NCBI GenBank assembly: GCA_043826565.1
Contig: JBDRPX010000038.1
Location: 6,334-70,333, forward strand
Source of the DNA: Candidatus Omnitrophota bacterium
GTDB lineage: Bacteria; Omnitrophota; Gorgyraeia; B26-G9
Direction: 5' to 3'
DNA: 64,000 bases
Each line of letters opens with the position of its first letter. Positions within the stretch are counted from its first letter, which is position 1. The translations under genes were made by a program, and so were the position numbers. Below are positions 59,493 through 64,000 of the stretch, piece by piece. Under the pieces are notes generated by a model. That model ran no database searches. It had not been told where the DNA came from and saw nothing but the letters and a program-made list of their open reading frames with translations.

Positions 59493-60950
59493 ATGATAAA
59501 GAATCGGTTAATATCTATCAGCCTAATGTTGTTAGCGATTTGCTTAACTGCAGATTCGGTTTGCGCTGATACTGATAACTCTCTGGAAATTCTATCTCAA
59601 ATAGAAAGAGGTGTTGAGCGGATTTCGGGTAGTGTCGGTAGTGCGGTGGTTTCAATTAGTACCGAAAGAACTGATTTGCTCAAAGAATACCAGCGTTCAT
59701 CTGATGATGATGTTGTTGAGCAATTTTTTCGCAATTTTCTTTATGGAGAAATTCCGAAAAGAAAATATAAGCACATGGGGCTAGGATCAGGTGTGCTTAT
59801 TGATGCGCAAGGACATATTATTACTAATGAACATATCATTAATGGTGCGGATAAAATCACCGTGACCCTTGGTGACGGCAGGAGATTTTTCGCTCATATT
59901 AAAGCATCTGATTTTCAGTCGGATCTAGCAATTATTAAAATTGAAGCAAATGAACTTCCTTGGTTAGAACTCGGTGATTCAAATCAACTTAAGGCGGGAC
60001 AATGGGCAATTGCCGTGGGCAATCCCTTTGGTTTTTCTACCGGGAATCCCGAACCATCATTTTCATTTGGGGTGGTAAGTGCTTTGCATCGGTCTTTGCC
60101 TCGTTTTGCTCAAAGAGACCGGGTGTATTATGATTTAATACAGACTGACGCGACGATAACGCCGGGTAATTCCGGGGGGCCTCTGGTTAATTTAAAAGGT
60201 GAGGTTATTGGCATTAACTTAGCAGTCCATAGTCCTGGGGTTTCGGCAAATGGGATCGGATTTGCTATTCCGGTAAATTATGTCCGAGCTATATTTGATC
60301 GATTATTAAAAGGTGAGGAGATTCTTTACGATTGGCTGGGGATAAGAATTCATGATTTGAATCCGGCACTTGCTAATTATTTTGGAATGAACAAGCCTAA
60401 TGGTGTGCTTATCGCTGATGTATCTGCCGGAAGTATTGCGGAAAAGGCTGGATTTCAGGAACAGGATGTTATTGTTAAGTTTGGTGAAGATAAAATTGAA
60501 AATACTCTTGAGTTTATTGCGAATATAGAAAACTGCAAAGTTGGACAGAAAGTTAAGGTTAAAGTAAATAGACGGACTTTATTACGTGAATTAAATTTAA
60601 TTATTGGAAAGCGTCCGTCTGTTTTAATAAATAATAAGAAGATTAGGGCTTCTATATCAACAGAGCAGATTGCCGGGGCCAAGAAGGAAGAATTTCAAAA
60701 GTGGCGTGGTATGTCGGTGAGCCCGATTTCTCCGGAGGGTTCAGATGACGGGAATGCGGATGGTGTTTTGGTTATAGAAGTTGCCCCGGATAGTCCGGCG
60801 TATGATGCGGGGATTAGGAAAGATGATATTTTAAATAGAATAGATACGCAAGAGATCCATTCTATAGATGATTATGAGAAAGCAGTTACTAAAGCTTCGG
60901 GGAGTATTTTAGTAAAGACCGAAAATGGTTATTTGGTTATCAGGGAATAA
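59493..60950 (+). CDS. htrA: HtrA/DegP serine protease with two PDZ domains
   Basis: Signal peptide; GSGV..TNEH, SDLA, PGNSGGPL triad; two PDZ domains. Confidence 0.93.
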   Translation: MIKNRLISISLMLLAICLTADSVCADTDNSLEILSQIERGVERISGSVGSAVVSISTERTDLLKEYQRSSDDDVVEQFFRNFLYGEIPKRKYKHMGLGSGVLIDAQGHIITNEHIINGADKITVTLGDGRRFFAHIKASDFQSDLAIIKIEANELPWLELGDSNQLKAGQWAIAVGNPFGFSTGNPEPSFSFGVVSALHRSLPRFAQRDRVYYDLIQTDATITPGNSGGPLVNLKGEVIGINLAVHSPGVSANGIGFAIPVNYVRAIFDRLLKGEEILYDWLGIRIHDLNPALANYFGMNKPNGVLIADVSAGSIAEKAGFQEQDVIVKFGEDKIENTLEFIANIENCKVGQKVKVKVNRRTLLRELNLIIGKRPSVLINNKKIRASISTEQIAGAKKEEFQKWRGMSVSPISPEGSDDGNADGVLVIEVAPDSPAYDAGIRKDDILNRIDTQEIHSIDDYEKAVTKASGSILVKTENGYLVIRE

Positions 60951-61423
60951 TGGAAAGAACTATTGAAAAAGCTAAAAACTATGCTTTTTTGTTGTTAAGA
61001 TATCGTTTGCGTACTAAAAAGGAGATCGCCGAGCGACTGCTTAAAAAAAATTTTACGGAAAAACAAGTCGAAGAAGTTATTGTTTTTTTGGTCGATTTGG
61101 AGTATCTTGATGATTTAAAATTTGCTCAATTATGGGTAAAAGACAGGTTGCGAGGTAAGCCCAGAAGTAAACGTTTCCTATCTTATGAGTTAGAAAAAAA
61201 AGGGGTGCCTCGAGAAATTGCCGAAAAAGTGTTAGAAACAGTAACTGAACAGATAGAATTTGAGGCGGCAAAGTCTTTTGCGCAGGCAAAGTTAAAAAGT
61301 TTAAAAAAATATGATAAATTGATCGCCAAAAGAAGAATGTTTGGATACTTGCAGAGACGCGGGTTTAATGCACACATAAATTATAGAATAATAAATGAGT
61401 TAATGGATAAAGATGAAAAGTAA
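60950..61423 (+). CDS. recX: Regulatory protein RecX
   Basis: R.RTKKEI..RL, YLDDLKFA, ELEKKGV, YLQRRGF. Confidence 0.9.
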   Translation: MERTIEKAKNYAFLLLRYRLRTKKEIAERLLKKNFTEKQVEEVIVFLVDLEYLDDLKFAQLWVKDRLRGKPRSKRFLSYELEKKGVPREIAEKVLETVTEQIEFEAAKSFAQAKLKSLKKYDKLIAKRRMFGYLQRRGFNAHINYRIINELMDKDEK

Positions 61424-64000
61424 TCAAGTTAGAACTAAATTCCTGGAATTTTTTGCATCTAAGGGGCATCGGATTGTTCCTAGCGATTCTTTAGTCCCGC
61501 AAAATGATCCGTCTGTTTTATTTACTTCCGCAGGGATGAATCAGTTTAAAGAACAGTTTATGGGGAAAATAACTGATTTTAGCCGTGCGGCAAGCTCTCA
61601 GAAATGTATGCGTACGGCTGACTTAGTGAATGTCGGCAATAGCCCGACTCACCATACTTTTTTTGAAATGCTGGGAAACTTTTCATTTGGTGACTATTTT
61701 AAAGAAGATGCAATTAAATGGGCGTGGGGATTTGTCACTGAGGTACTCGAAATTCCCCGGGATCGTTTATGGATTACGGTACATAATAATGATCAGCAGG
61801 CTTATAATATCTGGGTGAATCAGGTTGGTATTCCAGCTTCAAAAATTCTCAAGCTGGGTGATAAAGACAACTTTTGGCCGGCAAATGCGCCGACTGACGG
61901 TCCGAACGGACCGTGTGGGCCATGTTCAGAAATATTCTATGACTGGACGGATACTTATGGATGTAAGAGTCCGGATTGTTCTCCGGCTTGTGATTGCGGG
62001 AGATTTACCGAGATTTGGAATCTTGTGTTTACGCAGTTTGATAGACAGCCTGACGGCTGTTTGAATCCGCTGCCGAGTAAAAATATTGATACAGGTATGG
62101 GGTTAGAGCGGATTGTTAGTGTAATGCAGAATGTGCGGGAAAACTATCAAACTGATTTATTTGTTCCGATTCTCGCAGATATTAAAGAGCAATTAAAAAG
62201 AGAAAATATCAATCCGGACAGTGAATGGTTAAACACTAAAGCAAAAGCCATTGCTGACCATATTCGCGCGGTAACGTTTGCTATTGCCGATGGCGTTGTC
62301 CCATCTAATGAAAACCGGGGATATGTTATCCGTAAATTAATACGTCGTTCGATTGTTTATTTGAAACAGGTCGGCATCAGCGCGCCGTTTTGTTATAAAC
62401 TAGTGTATGCCATAAGTGCTAATATGCAGGAACCTTATCCGGAAGTTTATAAGCGTCATGTGACAATTGCCGGGATAATCCGGAAAGAGGAGGAAATGTT
62501 TTGGGTTATTATTAAAGAGCGTGCGCCTCAGGCAGAAGAAGCTTTTAAAACATTATCAAGGAAAGCCGGCATCATTGATTTAACTAAAGACGCTGCGGTT
62601 TGCGCTTTTTTGCAATATGATACATTTGGTGTTCCTTTGGAGATTAGTAAAGAAATAGCGGAAAAATATGACTTAAAAATTTCCGATGATGATTTCGAAA
62701 ATGAGATGGAAAAACAAAGAGAGAGGTCACGCAGCGGGACTCAAATGGCCGGAGAGATTTTTGCAAAAACCACTGGGCACCTTATCCAGGGTGTAAAAAG
62801 TGAGTTTGTCGGATATGAGTGCCGGGAGGTGCAGTCGGAAGTGCTGGCAATTATTAATAATGATAAGATTGTTGATATTGCCCAAGGTAATGATGAGTTT
62901 GATATTATTCTGGCTAAAACACCTTTTTATGCGGAAGCCGGAGGTCAGATTGGTGATCAAGGGACAATTAGCAATGATGAGTTTATGGCTAATGTCTTTA
63001 CTACGGTAAAAGTAGATGAGGCAATATTACATAAAATAAAAATTAAAAAAGGAGCAATTTCAAAAGGCGACATAGTTCTGGCAACAATTAATCAAAAGCG
63101 AAGAACGGCAACTATGCGAAATCATACGGCAACGCATCTTTTGCAGTATGCATTGAGAAAAACGCTGGGGGATCACGTTGAACAGTCGGGTTCTTATGTA
63201 AACCCGTCTAAGTTGCGTTTTGATTTTACACATCTTGCTCCGCTTTCCAAAGAGACAATTTTAAATATCGAGCAGATTGTCAATGAATGTATCCTGGGCA
63301 ATTTTTCGGTCAATACAGATGTTATGACTAGAGAAAAAGCAAAAGAGAGCGGTGCCCTGGCGTTTTTTCAGGAAAAATACGCAGATACGGTGCGCGTGGT
63401 TTCAATTGCCGGGCATTCCCGCGAATTTTGTGGCGGAACACATGTAAATGCTACCGGAGAAATCGGGTTATTTAAAATTATCTCCGAAAGCTCCATTGCC
63501 CAGGGGATTCGCCGGATCGAAGCAGTTACGGGCAAAGAAGCGTTTAATCTGACAAATATCAATGCGCAGTTTATTAGTGAAATAGCCCAGCTTTTAAAAA
63601 CTTCACCGGATGATCTGGTCGTTTCTGTGGAAAAATTGCTTGAACAGATAAAGACGCAGGAAAAGGAATTAACTAAATTAAGAGGTGCGTCTTTATCTCA
63701 GGAAGCAGTGGAATTAATGAATTCCGCTAAGAATATAAATGATGTTTCGGTTATTGTTTCCGAATTAAATAATTATGATATGGATGCTTTAAGAAAAACA
63801 TATGACAACCTTAAAACAAAAATTGATCCGCTGGTGTGTGTACTGGCTTCAACCGGAGGAAATAAACCATTATTGATTGTGGGGATTAGCCGCAGTCTCT
63901 CGGAAAAAGGCTTGGACGCAGTCAAGATTATTAAAAGTATTACCCAGACTGTTGGCGGCAGCGGCGGAGGAAGAAAAGAACTGGCTCAGGCTGGAGCCAA
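61413..64000 (+). CDS. alaS: Alanine--tRNA ligase (runs off the window end)
   Basis: Read manually from ATG 61413: MKSNQVRTKFLEFF..DPSVLFTSAGMNQFK, HHTFFEMLGNFSFGDYFK, NHTATHLL, EFCGGTHV, GGSGGG; absent from the ORF track because there is no stop in the window. Confidence 0.97.
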   Translation, partial: MKSNQVRTKFLEFFASKGHRIVPSDSLVPQNDPSVLFTSAGMNQFKEQFMGKITDFSRAASSQKCMRTADLVNVGNSPTHHTFFEMLGNFSFGDYFKEDAIKWAWGFVTEVLEIPRDRLWITVHNNDQQAYNIWVNQVGIPASKILKLGDKDNFWPANAPTDGPNGPCGPCSEIFYDWTDTYGCKSPDCSPACDCGRFTEIWNLVFTQFDRQPDGCLNPLPSKNIDTGMGLERIVSVMQNVRENYQTDLFVPILADIKEQLKRENINPDSEWLNTKAKAIADHIRAVTFAIADGVVPSNENRGYVIRKLIRRSIVYLKQVGISAPFCYKLVYAISANMQEPYPEVYKRHVTIAGIIRKEEEMFWVIIKERAPQAEEAFKTLSRKAGIIDLTKDAAVCAFLQYDTFGVPLEISKEIAEKYDLKISDDDFENEMEKQRERSRSGTQMAGEIFAKTTGHLIQGVKSEFVGYECREVQSEVLAIINNDKIVDIAQGNDEFDIILAKTPFYAEAGGQIGDQGTISNDEFMANVFTTVKVDEAILHKIKIKKGAISKGDIVLATINQKRRTATMRNHTATHLLQYALRKTLGDHVEQSGSYVNPSKLRFDFTHLAPLSKETILNIEQIVNECILGNFSVNTDVMTREKAKESGALAFFQEKYADTVRVVSIAGHSREFCGGTHVNATGEIGLFKIISESSIAQGIRRIEAVTGKEAFNLTNINAQFISEIAQLLKTSPDDLVVSVEKLLEQIKTQEKELTKLRGASLSQEAVELMNSAKNINDVSVIVSELNNYDMDALRKTYDNLKTKIDPLVCVLASTGGNKPLLIVGISRSLSEKGLDAVKIIKSITQTVGGSGGGRKELAQAGA

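Noticed and set aside
61630-63562. Small ORFs in the last 2.5 kb
   Set aside because: All lie within alaS, which runs off the window end and so is missing from the ORF track

Overview
AT-rich bacterial chromosomal segment with nearly all genes on the + strand. It comes from a diderm organism (KdsA/D/C, LptB/F/G, secretin). Gene content and style suggest a PVC-group lineage such as Omnitrophota (inference, not verified). Most of the window is housekeeping: sat-cysC, rpe, lepA-lepB-pgsA-der-plsY-gpsA, tRNA-Pro(GGG), hom-thrC-apgM, kdsA-kdsD-kdsC-lptB-hpf-ptsN-yvcK-ptsH-ptsI, metK-ahcY-fba, lptFG, recA-htrA-recX-alaS. Three accessory regions stand out. (1) 6.3-12.5 kb: a compact cassette of PilO/GspM-like, GspC-like, secretin, TIMP/NTR-like OB-fold protein, matrixin metalloprotease with a CFI-box-CTERM tail, PorV/FadL-like outer-membrane barrel and GspC-PDZ. 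It may be a dedicated protease export/display system. (2) 28.3-35.6 kb: an atypical c-di-GMP-I riboswitch (inserted hairpins, duplicated 3' strand) upstream of a 2284-aa secreted YD-repeat protein with inserted TPR-like and dockerin-like modules but no Rhs toxin tip. (3) A 41-bp duplication of the tRNA-Pro 5' end flanking a structured 101-bp insert. Smaller items are an orphan promoter-terminator unit, a ~200-bp nested inverted repeat and a GTAG-type REP. All assignments come from motif recognition by eye; no searches were run.
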